A stretch of 64,000 nucleotides of DNA. Origin: Phoronis australis (lineage: Eukaryota; Animalia; Phoronida). A program made the position numbers and the translations under genes. The DNA lies in the NCBI GenBank assembly GCA_002633005.1, contig NMRA01000360.1, positions 1 to 64,000 of the forward strand, given 5' to 3'. The notes below the pieces were generated by a model. The model did not search any database. It was not told the origin of the DNA and saw only the letters and a list, made by a program, of their open reading frames with translations. Positions 12,501 to 27,500 of the stretch are shown here, piece after piece (within the stretch, counting starts at the first letter, position 1; each line of letters opens with the position of its first letter).

Positions 12501-15500
12501 AATATTTATTAAATTTGAGGAAATGTATTTATATGAAGTTGATAACGGACAACAACGACGTTTGGACAGATCGGACTACCAGTGTGCCCCCTAGTGGCAA
12601 TTTTATTTTTTTACGTTTTTCCCTGCATCTTCAAAGGTACTCAACAAATTTGGCATATAGGTATCTATTTGTGAGAGGACGCCGTGCTCTCGTTTTCAGA
12701 GGGATTCGCCACCTAGTGGCCATTTTTTTGGTATTTTCGAGTCTGTTTTTTGGCGTCCACCCTTCTATCAACCAAACCGCTCTAAGGATGATTGTGTAAT
12801 TTGGCATGTATGTTCTTACTGTGAAGAGGACGGCTGACGATGATTTTCCGCCGAGTTCGACTAATGTGGCGCATCTTATTGGCAGTTTTGTTTTTCCTTG
12901 CGCCCATATGGCTGTATCTCCTGAACTGTTTACAGGATCTTTACTAAATTTAGCAAGTGTATTTGTATGATGTTGACAACAGATGATGACTTTCGAAATG
13001 ATCTGACTACCGGTGTACCCCCTAGTGGCAATTTTAGTTTTTTACGTTTACCCCTGTATATTCAAAAGTTCTCAACGGGCTTTCATAAAATTTGGAACAT
13101 AGGCAACTATGACGCTATCCTCCTGTTTTTTGGATGGAATCCTGGTATTTTGCACCACCTAGTGGCCATTTTTGCTGTTTTCGAGTCTGTCTTTGGCGTC
13201 CACTCCTTTATCAAGCAAATCATTCTAAGGATGATTTTGAAAATTGGCGTATGTTCTCAGGGTGAAGAGTACGGGTTGACAATGGTGACTTCCACTACTG
13301 TGGCACCTCCTAGTGGTAGTTTTGTTTTGTTTTGTTCTGCGCCCATATCTGTATCTCCTAAACCCACTCAATTGAGTAAGTGTATTTATATGAAACTAAC
13401 AACGACGACTTTCAAGCGGATCCAATGCTTGCTATGCACTTAGTGGCAATTTCATTTCTTCCATTTTCCTTTGTTTCTCTGAAGTTTCGTAACAGATTTT
13501 TATGAAATTTGGTGAATAGCTTTCTTTTAAAGAAGTGATGGTCTGTTCCCATTTTCGGATGAATTGGGCAGTTTTGTGTCGTCTAATGGCCATTTTTGAC
13601 ACAAAGAAACAACCCTAGAAGCACACCGTTTGCGTTGCATTCGTGGGCACATTTCAAAGCTCTACTCTGCTCTTGTTAGTATATGCGTCAGTAATGTAAC
13701 CGCAGTTGAAAATTATCTGTTTTTCTTATGTCCAGGGCAAATATGCCAGACACTCCCAACAGTGAAGATTTGGCAAACTTGGTTGGTACATGGGACTTTG
13801 CCGATGCTACTTCACGAAATGGCTGCCAGTGTTCAAAGTAAGTATCACTGACAGTGCATGTTCCAAACCACTTTGATGTTTCAATGCTCTTTGAAAATGG
13901 TTGTATTGTAATACTCATTGTTGATGATATTGTCTGTGGAAAATGTGGTTTAACAATAATATTGTTTTTTGGAATTAAGTCTTTGTTCAATTATTCATAC
14001 CAGGTTTGAAGTTTACCTGTCATCTCGTGAAAGATATTTCTTAATATATCCCCTAGACAACGTCTTGCAAATCTTGATTAGAATAATGACACCATTGTTA
14101 ATGGTAATAGCCACTGATTGAGGGATTGTGTTTGTTCTAGATCTAAGTCGGCCAAGTCACGGGTGCTGAGTGGCAAAGGTGGATTGGCTGGTGGTAAACA
14201 TGGCAAGAATGGTGAGAAGATGGAACGACAGCAGTCACGGCGCAACGTGGTGCCATTTCACCGCCGGACCAGTGAGGACGTTCCTGCGCAGGATGCTAGT
14301 GTTGTGATTCAGGGTAACCAAGGTAGCGCGGGTCTAGGCGGGTGCAGTGGCCGTGGGGCCGGTGACCCTGTACTCACTACCTCTGTGAATACACCAGATG
14401 CCCGGTTCAGCACGGGCGTTGGGACTCCACACTCGGCTGCCCCTTCACCTCTGGTGGGGTCACATGAGTCGAACTCTGGAGGTCAGACTGTGGATCCCAC
14501 CATGCCAACGTTGAGCCCGCACCCGCCAACCAGTTCTGGGAAGGATCTGACCCATGCTGGCGGTGGGACGCAAACAGAATCTCGTGATGGCACAAACCAG
14601 TCCACAACTGAACAGTATCCGAAAAATCCATCGTCTGTTTTGAAAATTGAGCCACTTAGCTCGCCATATGCGACTTTCGACCCAGTGAAAAGTGAGTCGG
14701 TGACGAACTGGTTGGATTCGCAAAGTAAACTTGCCACGATGGAGTCAAGACTGCCAAAACGACCCCTGTTGGCTGCTTCAGTCAACGAAAGCGAGGAATA
14801 TGGTGCCAGGGAGTCGCTGTATGATTTCAGTACTCTTCAGAACTGGTAGGTGATAACCTTCTCTTCTGCGCAGTATGCAGCGCTTCTACCATCGTTTTTG
14901 ACTGTCAACTTCTCAAGTTGAAAGACTTTCAGAAAGACACGTGACATAAATGTTTACATGTTTTACCCCATGTGGTTCCAGGCACCTCGCGTCCATATTG
15001 CTTGCGCTGCGAAGCTACAAACTGATATCAAGCATTCTGCTATCCTTATGTATATTAGCAGGCAAATCTCTTGCCAAACTGAGAATGTAGTAAGAACATA
15101 GTCAGTGAAAATGCACCCAAACACTTGTTTAGTTAACCAATTTTTACTATTCAAGTACTAATTATTACTATTATTTCATGATAACCACTTACTCGTTAAA
15201 CGGACGGTTTGGGGAATGTGAGTAAAATTTCCCTGCCCATGAACAATCTGCTTGAGCTATCAGCGTAAACTTGACACATAATGCTCCCTGATTAAACTGA
15301 AATTGCAAGCTTGAGGAAAATTTTCATGTTTGTTGTTGTTAGTATTGTCTTTGTAAAAAAAATTGCGCAATTTCTGAGAAATTGTAGTCGTTATTGTTGT
15401 CCACTTGAACCATTTTGTAGCCATGCCACGGATTTTAAATTTGTGTGGTTGGTTCCATGAGTTGAAAAACATATTTAGAAACTATTCGCACAAAGGTGAC

Positions 15501-18500
15501 CCTTCGTAGCAAGTGCTGGCATTTTAGACGAGGATTTGACTTCACTTTCCCTCGACAGGTTTGACCAGCCAGTAAAAAGATTTAAGCCAGATTCAGTGAA
15601 GCAGGAATCCAGTTTTAGCCAGCCTACCGCGGGGTCTGCTCCTTCTCCTCAGGTGGCCTTGGCGACCTTTCAGTCGTCTGTGTACCAGTCAGAAAGGCCA
15701 TCTGTTTACAGTGCTCTTAAGTCGCAGCAGTCGCCGGCAGCGCCGGCACCACCACCTGTTGACCCCTATGAATTCTCAGATGAGTCGTCAACGAACACGA
15801 CAGGCACGTTCTCGTTTCGTCGGAAAAGCAGGGAATCTTCGTCTAGACAGGTTTGTTGTAAAGTTATTTTTTTATGAAAAGTTTATATTTAATTTCATAT
15901 TTTTGGCTGTATTGTGCCTTAGGAATAACTGTGACTGAATTTTCATTTTCTTCCATTTTCAGGATGAAGAGAAAGATAGAATAGGTAAGCTCCTGCATTA
16001 CTTTTATGACAGGGTAATCTCAAACTTAGATTTGGGAGTTGTTTTATGTCGTCTCGCAGTATAGATTCGCGATAATTAAAGGGCTAAATGCTTTACAGGA
16101 AATGTTGTTATTCGTTTGGCCTCTGAATTACTTTAGCTGGCCAGTTATTTAGGTTTGAAGGTTGTGGCATTTTACAATTTGCTTTTTTTGTCTTGTGAAC
16201 GCCAATTGATCTAAATTTTGGCAGAAGTATGCAACATGTAATCAGAAGCGCCTGAAGGATCTATAAACATTTCCTCTTTTACTGCAGATGTCGGTACGAT
16301 TGGTTCACTTGAGCATTAAGATTGGATTTGGATTTGATCGTGCAACGTGTTAACAAATGCAATCGTGAAATCAAACATTTTTTTCTATGTGCTCAGATAC
16401 CAATGGCATTGGTTCGCCATTCACACCCAGCAGTATTCAACCCAGAGAGTCCTTCATGACTCGAGACAAGGACATTGTACCCAAGGTCAGTGACCTGGAG
16501 CATCTGTTTGACTCGGACGATGACAGTAACGATGACGATCCAGTAAGTGTCTGTAGCTTGTGCAGTTAGATGTACGGAGTAGATTACGACCTCTGTGTAA
16601 ATATGTGTTATTCGTGTTGTCTTAACACGAATGTCCATATCTGGTAAAGTCTCACCAATTTTGGACAAATATGATTGCTAAAAATTGATCTTTTTCATCT
16701 TTTCAATGCCTTCTAACAATATTGTGAATTTCCAAATAGAACTTTATAGAAATGATAAAGCATTTATTTGTTACTACTTTATGAGGAAAAAGAATATGAT
16801 TTCACTGGTCCACCATATTTTATCCGAAATTGGAGAATTTTTACCACATTCGGCTTTTATGCATGTGGGTGCATATTGCCTATCATCTTTGTGTGGGTGT
16901 CCGGTGTCCACTTCTGTATCTCCTTAACTCTTGTAGAATCTTCATGGGATTTGACGGCTGGTTCTGACTGCTGTAGTACCCCTTAGTGGCAATCCTTTTG
17001 CATCCACAGCTGTATCTCCTAAACCCCTTGCAGGATCTTGGTGTGCACCTATGTGAACATGGCAACAAATGACTTGTTTGGGACTGGTCCGACTACTGCT
17101 CTAACTGCTAGTGGCAGGTTTGGAAATTGGGCCAAATCACTGAATGAACGAATCACATGCATCTTTTAATATTTTAGAAAATCATAAACTTTCATTTCTT
17201 TTTACCTACAAGTGTGTGTTTAGCTCATACAATGAGGGCTTTTCTGTACACACTTATGCTATATTCTCTCTGACTAATCGTGTGTAACCTTTCAGTTTCA
17301 GCAACCCAATTCGCCAGGCTACAAGTTTAACGAGCCACGCAAAAGCAGCAGCCTAAATAATAGCAGTGAAGGTGCATTCACAGGTAAAGGTCAAAGATCG
17401 ACTTTTAATGTTTTGCTGTTGAATAAGTTCTGTAAAAGACGTGTGTTTAGCAGAAGTTAAGCAGTCTGTGTGATCTTGATGAGGGGTTTGTTAGGTGTTG
17501 CTGCTGTGATGAGCAATGAGCCATCACTGGCACTGACTGATTGTCCAGTACTCGTTTTTTCCCTAGCTATATTAGTGACTTGGAATTACCATCTATTATT
17601 GGTACTTGAAGCTGTATTTTGCCATGGTTAGCTGGCTAAAAACAAAAATCAAGTTGAGCGTTTTGCTCTCGTACAATCAGTCTAATTGTTCACTGTAGTA
17701 GGATTCTATTGAAGTAACATCAAAACCATGAGTGACTCGAGAAAATACTTCAGAGTTTATTGGGGTTAGCCAAAATGGTGCCACGTATGGTTAGCATGTG
17801 CTAACTGAAATAGAACCCTATCATGCTACACAATATTATGAGACCCATTTTATCAGAATGAAAGCCGTAATTAGTTTTTTGTTTTAGCCAGCTTAACGGT
17901 GAAGTGGTGCTTAAAAGGTAACTACAGACTTCAGCAATACTTATGTTTCCAGCCACATTCCACCCTATTCTCCCCGTCGACCGGTCTTATTTTTCTCTCA
18001 CCCTCCTGTGCAGGTCCCACGCCCACAGACCTGGCCACTATGTACCCCACTCCGCCATCTCTGGAGAACAACACGGCCACGTCACCCTGCTGCCCTACCA
18101 ACGAGGGCACCACCGACCTGATGGCGACAGCGGCAGTGACAGACGCGACAGGGTTTCTCCATCCCCTACATTCTCACCACCACAGGGTTGAACACGGTGT
18201 CCTGCGAAGTCCCACAGAGGAAAAGTCCGCTAAGGTTGGTAATGGTATGATTAAATAAACACACTATTTTGATCTGTCTGCTGATATTAATGTATGTCAT
18301 GAGTTCCTTTCATTCTTCATGAAATACCTTTTTAACTGTCGATTTTCATCTCATAAAGGTATATTCTAGTTTCTAAGTACCGATTGAAAACTCAATTCAT
18401 GTCTTAAAACGTTGCACAATCATTCATAATTATGTGATTTTCATTGACTGCTTTGAATTATATATTTTTAGTATGCAAGGAACTTTTTTAATTTACCCTT

Positions 18501-21500
18501 GCAAAACAGTATTAACAGCAAAGTCCTTTTTGAAAATACATCCCTCGGCCACAGACTATAAAATAAATACAGAACTCGATATTCCATGCCAATTCGACCC
18601 ATGCAATAGAAATTAATGCTCAAACTGTTAAGAGCATCGTTAATAAAAAGGCCTGTAAATTGCCGATAAAGGTTTGCTGAAAAATGCCAATTAAAGTCAT
18701 TCCTAATTATTTGCATAGATATAGCGTTTAAAGTAATGTTATGAGTGGCAATAAGTAGACTAAACTTCATAATGTCTATGAATGTTGAATTTTTGGACAA
18801 AATTCCATAAAGGTTGACAATGAAATGAAACGTTTCTGTTTGATCTCAGCTCTGACTGGTGAGAGAAATTTCCTTTTTGATATACGGTAGATGATCTGTG
18901 GCGAAGAATCTTTGTTTGGTTTATTTCTTTGCATACCAACCCTGTTCTTCAAATTTTGATTTAATTATTAGAAATGAGGATTATATACAAATTAGCGCTA
19001 TTTTGTTGCCTGTAGGAACCATGGCGCTGTCTTTGTTTCATTTCTGCTTCATTGTCAACCTTCTGCTTGTCAGGACTGGACGTTTGTGTTCCGACTTCCT
19101 GTGGAGGCTAAATTTGTCGATGCTAAGAAGTATGGGCCCATTGAGCTGCCCAGCTCGAAGCTGGCACCACTCAAGGTGCCCGCCGTGTGCTCATACAAAC
19201 CCTCCTGGCAGTATCCCATGGCTCACACGTTGCCTATAATGGACAAACTGCCTCAGCCACAGCATATAAACAGGTGAGCTATTAGCAGTTGTGGGTGTTT
19301 GTTGGTGTGAAACAATCATCCTTTAGTATCAGGTGAATGTTTGAACACACTCCTGAAGCGTTACCGTATGCCAGGGTATTGAAGTCTGTGCACCTATAGC
19401 TGAAATACCGCGTTGTTTCAAAGAAATTGTTTGCTCAACAGGTGCATTTGCCTAAGCTTTACTTCAGGGCACAGTTGGCTATCGCTGTATTTGTGCGTGT
19501 CTCTTTCATACTTTCATACATTTCTAGCATATACATTTATCGGTTTGGGCTGAATAAACATCAACATAAACAGTTTTGTAACAGAAAAGTTAATCAGTTT
19601 CACTCTCATAACAGTTTAAGAATTTACTCCTTTGGTTTTACTCGAGTGTTTCAGTGCTATAGGCTCGGGCCGCAGTACGTACATACACGGTAATTTTTAG
19701 TTGAATGGTTAGCCGTGTTTGCCACAGGACAATTTACTGAAGCGCTCAAAATCCTTCTAGCTTACGCTGTGAGCTCCATTCTGAACATGGTATAACCACA
19801 GAAACCGAGCAGTTTCGACTTGTTCCATTTCGCTGTATGATTTTTTTTTGTTATCGTTGCAAACATTAAATCAAAACATTCGATGGTCGCCATAGTGTAA
19901 AACAGAATGTCCCAGGGACATGGTCATATTACTTAAACAGTGCGCAGTATATTGCAAGTTTGTTTGCTTATTGGGGCTACCGCGAAAAGCAAAAAAATAA
20001 CTTTCCATCAAATAAGTTGGTTGTTACATGAAGTCAATGTTTTGCTCAACACTCAATAGGAGGCATGATATAGTGTGATTGATTTGGTGCTATTAAGCTT
20101 GAATCTTTTTGACTAGTGATTTCTGTCAGTTGCATTTATATAATTGATTAATGACACATTGGGTGTCTTTGAAGGTTATAACTAGAGAATTGAGGAATGA
20201 ATTACACGTTATTTGTTTACTTACAGTCACTACGTGAACATTCCATCAGTGGAGAACCTTGCGCGCACACCGCGGTCAGATCGCATGATTGACTCGTCGC
20301 CGGCGACGTTCCACGGCTCCACCCAGCAGCGAACACCCATGGGAGTGGATCTGCAGTCACCGGCATCCAATGCGTCGAGCTACCTCAACAAGACATTGAA
20401 TTCTGTAGACAACCAAGCTACCCACTGTCAGACACCTGAGTCGCATAGTCTGGTCGTCAACATTACACTGTCGGACAGTCTGTTGAACCTATTTAAGGTA
20501 ATTCTTACTCACCTTAGAAAACCTAGATACTTGTTTGTTGTGTGCGTGAAAAACATATGGAAATTAAAAAAGGTGGAAACTTGTGCCAAACTCGTGAAAG
20601 TAAGATAAGTAAGAAAAAATGTGGCAAACATCTATGATAGTAATTAGAACTGGGAGTTGATGATTGTTCAATCTGTAAAGCCACTAAGTTTCAATCAATC
20701 ACTCCCATCTAGTGTTTGGGCATGAAAGTGGTCTATTCCCATATACAGTTCACAGCCATGTTCCTCGTAGCGCATTACATTACAACTTGGAAATTCCGTG
20801 GTAACGATTTATGATTTCTCTTAAGCCCAGAAATCATTTCTAATCTTATAAAGATACAAATTGAGCCCAGTAGTCTCGTTGACCATTGAAAATCATCTAA
20901 TTGGGTGGATTAGGGCTCTAATACACCAAGTACACTTCTGTAGTGTTGCTGCATGATGTTTATTTTAGTTTATTGTTTATTCCAGGATCACAACTTTGAC
21001 AGCTGTAACATCTGTGTGTGCAACATGGACATCAAGGGTGGGGACGTGGGCGTGTACCTGCCCGACCCCCAGAGCGAGCCGCGCTACAAGTGCACATGTG
21101 GCTTCAGTGCTGTCACCAACCGCTACTACGGTTTTGGAGCTGGGCTCTTTTACGAAGACGAGGTCGAAGTCACGGGACGCCATCACGATCGCTTCGAGCG
21201 GCGAAAGTCGTCGCCACTGGCCATCGATTCGCAGAAGCTACCTTCCGAGCCAGTCTCCATGCGCCTGATGAGTCTGCTTCAGGACCAGTTCTCTAACCCA
21301 TTCAGCTCGCTGCTAGTCCGCCAGCGAATGCAGCTGGTGGGTGTGGCCAGTACCATGATGGCCCCGTGCTTGGATCACCCACTGCAGGTGCACGATGCAG
21401 TAGAAGTGTTACTCGCTGCTCTAGACCAAGGCAGGCAAGCTGTTGATAACCAGACCAACGTCAAGTTAGACGATTCGATGGTCAAGGCTTCCTGTATCCA

Positions 21501-24500
21501 CAAGTGGCCATATATACACAGTAAGTTTTGCATTACGCAGTTAGTCTGCTGCGTTGATGTACTGTTATTATTAATTATTCCGTCAATCAGTCATCTTAGA
21601 TCTAGGTGATGTGGGAATCCTTTGTCTTAGATGTAGACGGTACGTGAATCGATCACTTTAGATGTACATTCTGTTTGATGGAGATGTGTAGCCTCATCTG
21701 TTCTTCATTGGGAGTGTCTATTGCCATCAGTTAGAATTCTTGAATACTCGTTCGCTTTTGACATCATTCTAAAAATGGCACTAATGCTGATTTTTTGTTA
21801 GTCAAGGGTTAGCAGTGATCATGGATTTCCTTAAACTGTACAAAATGCAAAGCAGACAATCACGTTGATGAGAATTGTTGTCTGGTGCAAAACATTAAGC
21901 TGCCCTTAAAATACTGTTTCCTCTAGCCTTACCCTGACCAATCTGCGATGGGTAGGTTGGCACGTGAAATATTCTTTTCCCTGTTCCTTTTTTGCGTTAT
22001 GTTATTTTTGTTGCCATGAGTTTGTATTTACAACTGAGAAAAATGTTCAGATATGAAGTAAAATATTTCGCATATTTTCTGGCTAGTCACACTAGGGGGA
22101 ACAAACTTGATTTTAGTTTTGCTTCATTCTCATTTATTTTGCGTCCTGTAAAAGCTAGGTTGTTGCTGTAGTCACTGGCTGAGGATTTGAATGTATTATC
22201 AAGGCTCAATATTTGCTAATCCAGATGCCCCACGCCCGTCCAACTCCTCCGAGGTTGTGAGGCTGCTACGGTCCCTACAGCCTTGGCTTCAGGATGCCAT
22301 CCAGCGTAAGCGTACCAGCAAGCTATGGGAGAGAACGTACACCATTGCCGGACCGCTCTCCTGGAAAGACTTCCACAAGATGGCTGGCCGTGGCTCAGAT
22401 GAGGCGTGCGAGCCTCAACCTATACCCTCACTGCTGGTCAGCAGTGATAAGGACTGGCTGTCATTGTCTCCACATGCGCTCAAGTTTTGGGTATGTCAAG
22501 TTAAGTTTTGGAGTTATTCCTTTAAAAGGAAAAGCATCCAAGTTTATCCAGAGTTGCGCAAATTTTGCTGAGAACCATAACAAACTATTTCATTCTTAGT
22601 ATTTCTTTCATTTGTATAGATAATACAAAAGACGATATTACTTCCCAGAAATTAAATTAACAGTATTGAAACAAACTATTGTCTAATGTACATGTAAGGT
22701 AAAATGAACAAAGATACTTGCGCTTTTCAAGTTTGAAAAGTTCCTGGTAAGCCTCTGTAGTTAAAATGCTAGTTGTACATCACTTGGTCCTATCTTCGTC
22801 ATTACGTGTCTCACAGGAGAAGCTGTCGCTGAAACCTTATGGTCGACCACGTGATGTCGCCTATATGGTTGTAGCCCCTGACAACGACTACGTCCTCTCA
22901 CACGCCAAATCGTTCTTCGCTGAGCTCAGCACTGTTTACGAGTTGTGTCGCATGGGGCGCCACGTGCCCTTGGACAAATCCCTGCGTGATGGCATCCTCC
23001 GTGTGGGCAAGAATACTTACAGGAACTTGGAGGGCTCGGATATCGACAGTTGGTTTGGCCAGTTAGGTGAGCGTTTTTGACAGTGTATGGGGTTTGTTTT
23101 GGGTTAGTGTATGGGGTTTGTTTTGGGATAGTGCTGTGTTAACTTATAGAATGACTACAGTGTATGGGGTTTGATTTGGGTCAGTGCTGTGTTAACTTAT
23201 AGAATGACTGTACGGTCTAGTTTGTCATAGACACATTGAATTCAAATTTGTAAACTGGGCTCTTCAATGAAACCTGGGTTCTTGACAGGTTTCCAAATTT
23301 TTCAAAGCACTTGTTTAAGCGTCCATTGTTGACTGGTGAATGCATGTAGTCCAGGTTTGTACTGTCCTGTTGTAAGCCTAATTAGATGAACATATTGTGA
23401 TTTGCAATTTTCGCATCTCAATTCCCGTTCCTTTGTCCACAATTCAAGACACAAGACGAGCTTTGGCACTCATCAAAATCAATCCTATGTCTTAATAAAC
23501 TGGTAACTGTTAAAAAAAAGAAAATATAGTGACATGTTCATAAGCAACTGGAAGATAACGACTTATATTTCTAAAAATGCAATTAACCCAATCAAAATCA
23601 GTTTAATGGGCTAAGTACTTGTCTGGAGGGACTAACCAACAAAACATAAAGAAGTTTGGAAGTAAATAGCCTTTTTCTCCTCTGTATATTGCAGGTGAAA
23701 TGCCAGTAGCCTCCAAGCTGCGTCTGTATGCCAAGGCGTGCAAGCACCTTTTAGCACCGCTACTCAATCGCACCAAGCTGGACCGCAGCTTGTTCGAGAC
23801 CACCAGTAGCGCCAGCGGTGGCGGTAATAGTACCGCTGGTGCCGTCAAAAGTCAGTCAGTTCCGTACAAGTCTCAGCAGCCTGTCCCTTCTCCGGCCCAG
23901 CCTCACTCAGTGGAAAGCCAGCCACAGACACCGCAGTCAAACAGTTATGACGACAAGGGTACGTGTACACCGTACTCTTCCGTGTAAATGCCCACGGCAT
24001 GTTAGGATATGTGGGACCTTACTTCTAAATTTTTAAGTTTTTTGCAATACCTGTGTGGCTGAATCTTTTACCTCCATTTTTATTTAACTTTAAAATCGGC
24101 ATCTTGCATGTTTATGGTAGGAAAAAGATTTGCCGGACCCAGCTCAACTGCGTGGAAATTTTTTCACTGCTTATCAAAGTTCAAAGGTTACAGAGCTGTC
24201 ACTCAAATTAAATCTCCCATCAGGCACAGAGCACTTGTGTATGTTCCCACAGTCCTTTCGTTCACAATATTGCCATATTATTGAGTCACCGAGGTGTACC
24301 TAGGATAGAAAGATGCCCCAGACAGCGAAGACAAACCAAAATTTTGATCCTGAGGGAGTTGTGTGTCTGCTTGCATACGACCGTTGATAACGAATGCACC
24401 GAGTCGCGAGTGTCTTTGTGTTCATGAGCACAGCAAGTTGCGAAAAAAAATATAAATCTTCACACAAATTCATTTATTTCATCAGTAATTTTATGTTTCA

Positions 24501-27500
24501 CTATTTTGATCTCGTGCTGACGCTGTGCTTTAACCACCAATTTGATTTCTATGATCCATTTTGTAGTTAATTTCTTTATATCAGTCTCCCCAGTGCATGC
24601 TGTGTTTACAAGGAACCATTGCCCTACTTTTCTGTTGACCCTACCTTTTGACCCGGTTGACTTGAGGTACACGAAACCTCACATACAAAATTAAAATGTT
24701 TTAGTAATAATTAAGTTAATTACGTACGGCAAATTCAGTCGACATGGCGAGTGAATGTTGAAATAACGAACATGGTTAAGGCATGTGTAGTTATTGACCA
24801 AAAACACGTTTTCACCAAATAATTTAGCGAAAAGCCTAATGCGCCAAATGCCATCAGAAGGGTGTCATCCCAAAATGCTACTTGATAGATTGGCATTTAA
24901 ACTAGTGACTGCATGATATAGCTTTACAGGCAGACTGGAAACAATCAAAGTTATTCCTGTTGTAGCTGTCTTTGGTTTAACATAGTTATTGTTAAACATG
25001 GTTATTGTAAAACATAGTTATTGCTAAACACTTGAATCTAACTTGGTATCATTTGTTGGTAGACACCGACCAGCACAGCTGTAGTCAGAAGGAGTCGTCT
25101 TCGCACGACTCCGACACGGACAGCTGTGGCGAGCAGTTCACTCTTGTTATCTACGTAGTGGAGCCATTCGCGTACAACAATGACTGGGAGGACCTGCGAC
25201 GGCTGGCCACGGTCGGGCTTGAGCGCTGCTTCCTGGAGATGACCTCAGTCTTACAGGAGAGTCTGAGGGACGTCATCAGTCTGCAGGTAAATGGGCAGCA
25301 CTAGTTAATTGGTGCAAAATTGAATTTGACCAAGCTTAGTGGTATGTCGCCTTATTTAATATTTTCTCTGGGCTTGAATTTTCTGACTCCTTCACTAACC
25401 ATTGCTCAGTTAGTGTGAAAAAGACAAGTCTTGAAAAAGTTTGTCGGGCGAGTCCCTTTCACCAAGCAAAACCCGTTTTCTTATCGACAGGTGATCAAAA
25501 TAGATGTATGATAAAAATTCTTGAATTTGAGACAGTGATAAATTAGTTATTTTGGTCATGGTCAGAGCTTGTCCCAAATTAAAGAAATCAACATTGTTAG
25601 AGGTCCCAAATTCAAGAATCACAAGAAAGACGGCAAAATTACCCACTCAGTGGGTTGAAAACACATTGTCTGAAATTTGAGTAATTGGTGAACGCCAAAA
25701 TCACCCTTGTCCCTAATTCCAGAATCAAGAAAATTCAATTTTTTGGGGAGTTCCCGTGTCCCATATTCTAGAGACCCCAAATTGGAGAATGTGACATCGT
25801 AGCTTGTACTATGCACTCAAGTTTGCTAAGATAAAGATGCCTGCCACGTTTCTCTGAAAGTTGTGCAGGAAATAGTAATAAGGTAGCCCCAAAAAGATTG
25901 AATAATATCGGCCAAGCTTGAATGAGGTTGGGTACTTTTGAGCTTCAGTTATAATTTCAATAAGGGTTATTCAAACTTGAGGGGTTGAGTTAGTCGGTAA
26001 ATCAACCGCTCAGTGAAAGTGTAGAATCTAGTGGCATGCACATCACACTCGAATTGCGCGTCAAACATTAAGCTGCATGTGTTGAAATTGTGATCACTTG
26101 AATATATTTATCTTAAGGAATAAAACAGCGAATATAACTGCACGGAAATTAAGCCCTTCGAAAGAACTTATTCACTCGAAGATTCAACTTTTTACTTTTC
26201 GCTTGTGACTCATTTGCATTTTTTAACCTGAACTCGTAGTCTAAAGCATTCATTGGGCTTATTGGCTGGCATTCGGGTCACTACATGTCATCATTAGGTC
26301 AAAAGTAAGGGTAAAAGATGGCAGACGATTTGATTCGTTGTTGTTAGAGGAAGGTAAAAAGAGGTGAAATATAACCGGTAAGATCATGTGCGGTTTTCTA
26401 AACTTGTCAAGATAATTTGATTTGGTTAGTACTAACACACTGAACAAGAATTTTGCTCTCGATCTTTTGGTTTATATCCATTTCACCCTATGGACCTTCA
26501 GCTCTTAAACGGAGCTGAGTATTGGCTAGGGTGGAGTATGGTATACGGCCATCTTACATTGGTCCCGCAACTGTACAATATGGCGTGTGGTATACGGCCG
26601 TCTTACATTGGTCCTGCTGCTGTACAATACACTTGTGGAGCTGTGCAACAGTAACTAGTGTTGAGATTGCTACGCAGGGTGCATTATTTGGCGATTTGCT
26701 TGCACCATATTGTTAATTGGCTGTAATGTATTGCAAAATGAGAACCGTTGCTCATTCACCGACTGTGATTTATTGTAATTGTCCCCCCTGGTTCTGCAGA
26801 TTGTTCCCATTGGCACCATGGTTGACCCGGACAGCGATGGTCGACGCCTACAACTGCTCAAATCGCTGGCGTTCTCCGTCTATGCCCAGAACCGCCGCCT
26901 TCTCTCCCCCACGTCTGCGATCACTGGACGATCACTTACAGGCTTCGGTCCTGCTGCCATGGCTGACCTACATCTGAAGGTAGGGCTAGTACATGTGTTT
27001 CAGCTAGTCTGCTTGTGTTTAATGTTTCGTTTGCATTGGAGGTACTAAGGACAGTCAGCAGTGTTGCTGACATCTGACATTTCTTGTGATACGTTAACTT
27101 ATCTTAAGGAAGACTGATCAGAATGCTGCTTGACCGAGGTAAGAATAATGTTTAAGAAATAGCTGTCCTGAAACAGCAATAATTTTTTGTTCATGTATTT
27201 TCCAGGGCTCACATCGCGGTCTGCACAAAATTTTCTGCCCACCCTTCGTTCTCGCTAACAGTAAGGACAAACAGACACAGCTGGCAGAGTCCTGTGGCTC
27301 CGAGACGACGGACCGAGCGGCCATCTTGTTTTGCAGCTACTGTTTATCGGAGGATCAGCGCTGGCTCATCGCCACTGTAACTGACAGCATTGGCGAGCTT
27401 CTGGAGACATGTTCCATCAACATTGAGATCCCCAACAGGTGTGTAGATTAGTTTTGCTCATGTTCAAGGGCAGCATATTTACTGACTATATTACGTAGAC

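Noticed and set aside
11108-13677. Regularly spaced cctagtggc repeats as a CRISPR-like array; ORFs at 12515 and 12967 as genes
   Set aside because: Eukaryotic intron, the intervening sequences are homologous to each other, no cas genes; the ORFs are translations of the repeat.
14407-14785. Antisense ORFs over large MED13 exons (also 20977-21186, 30385-30651)
   Set aside because: Shadow ORFs expected opposite GC-rich coding exons.
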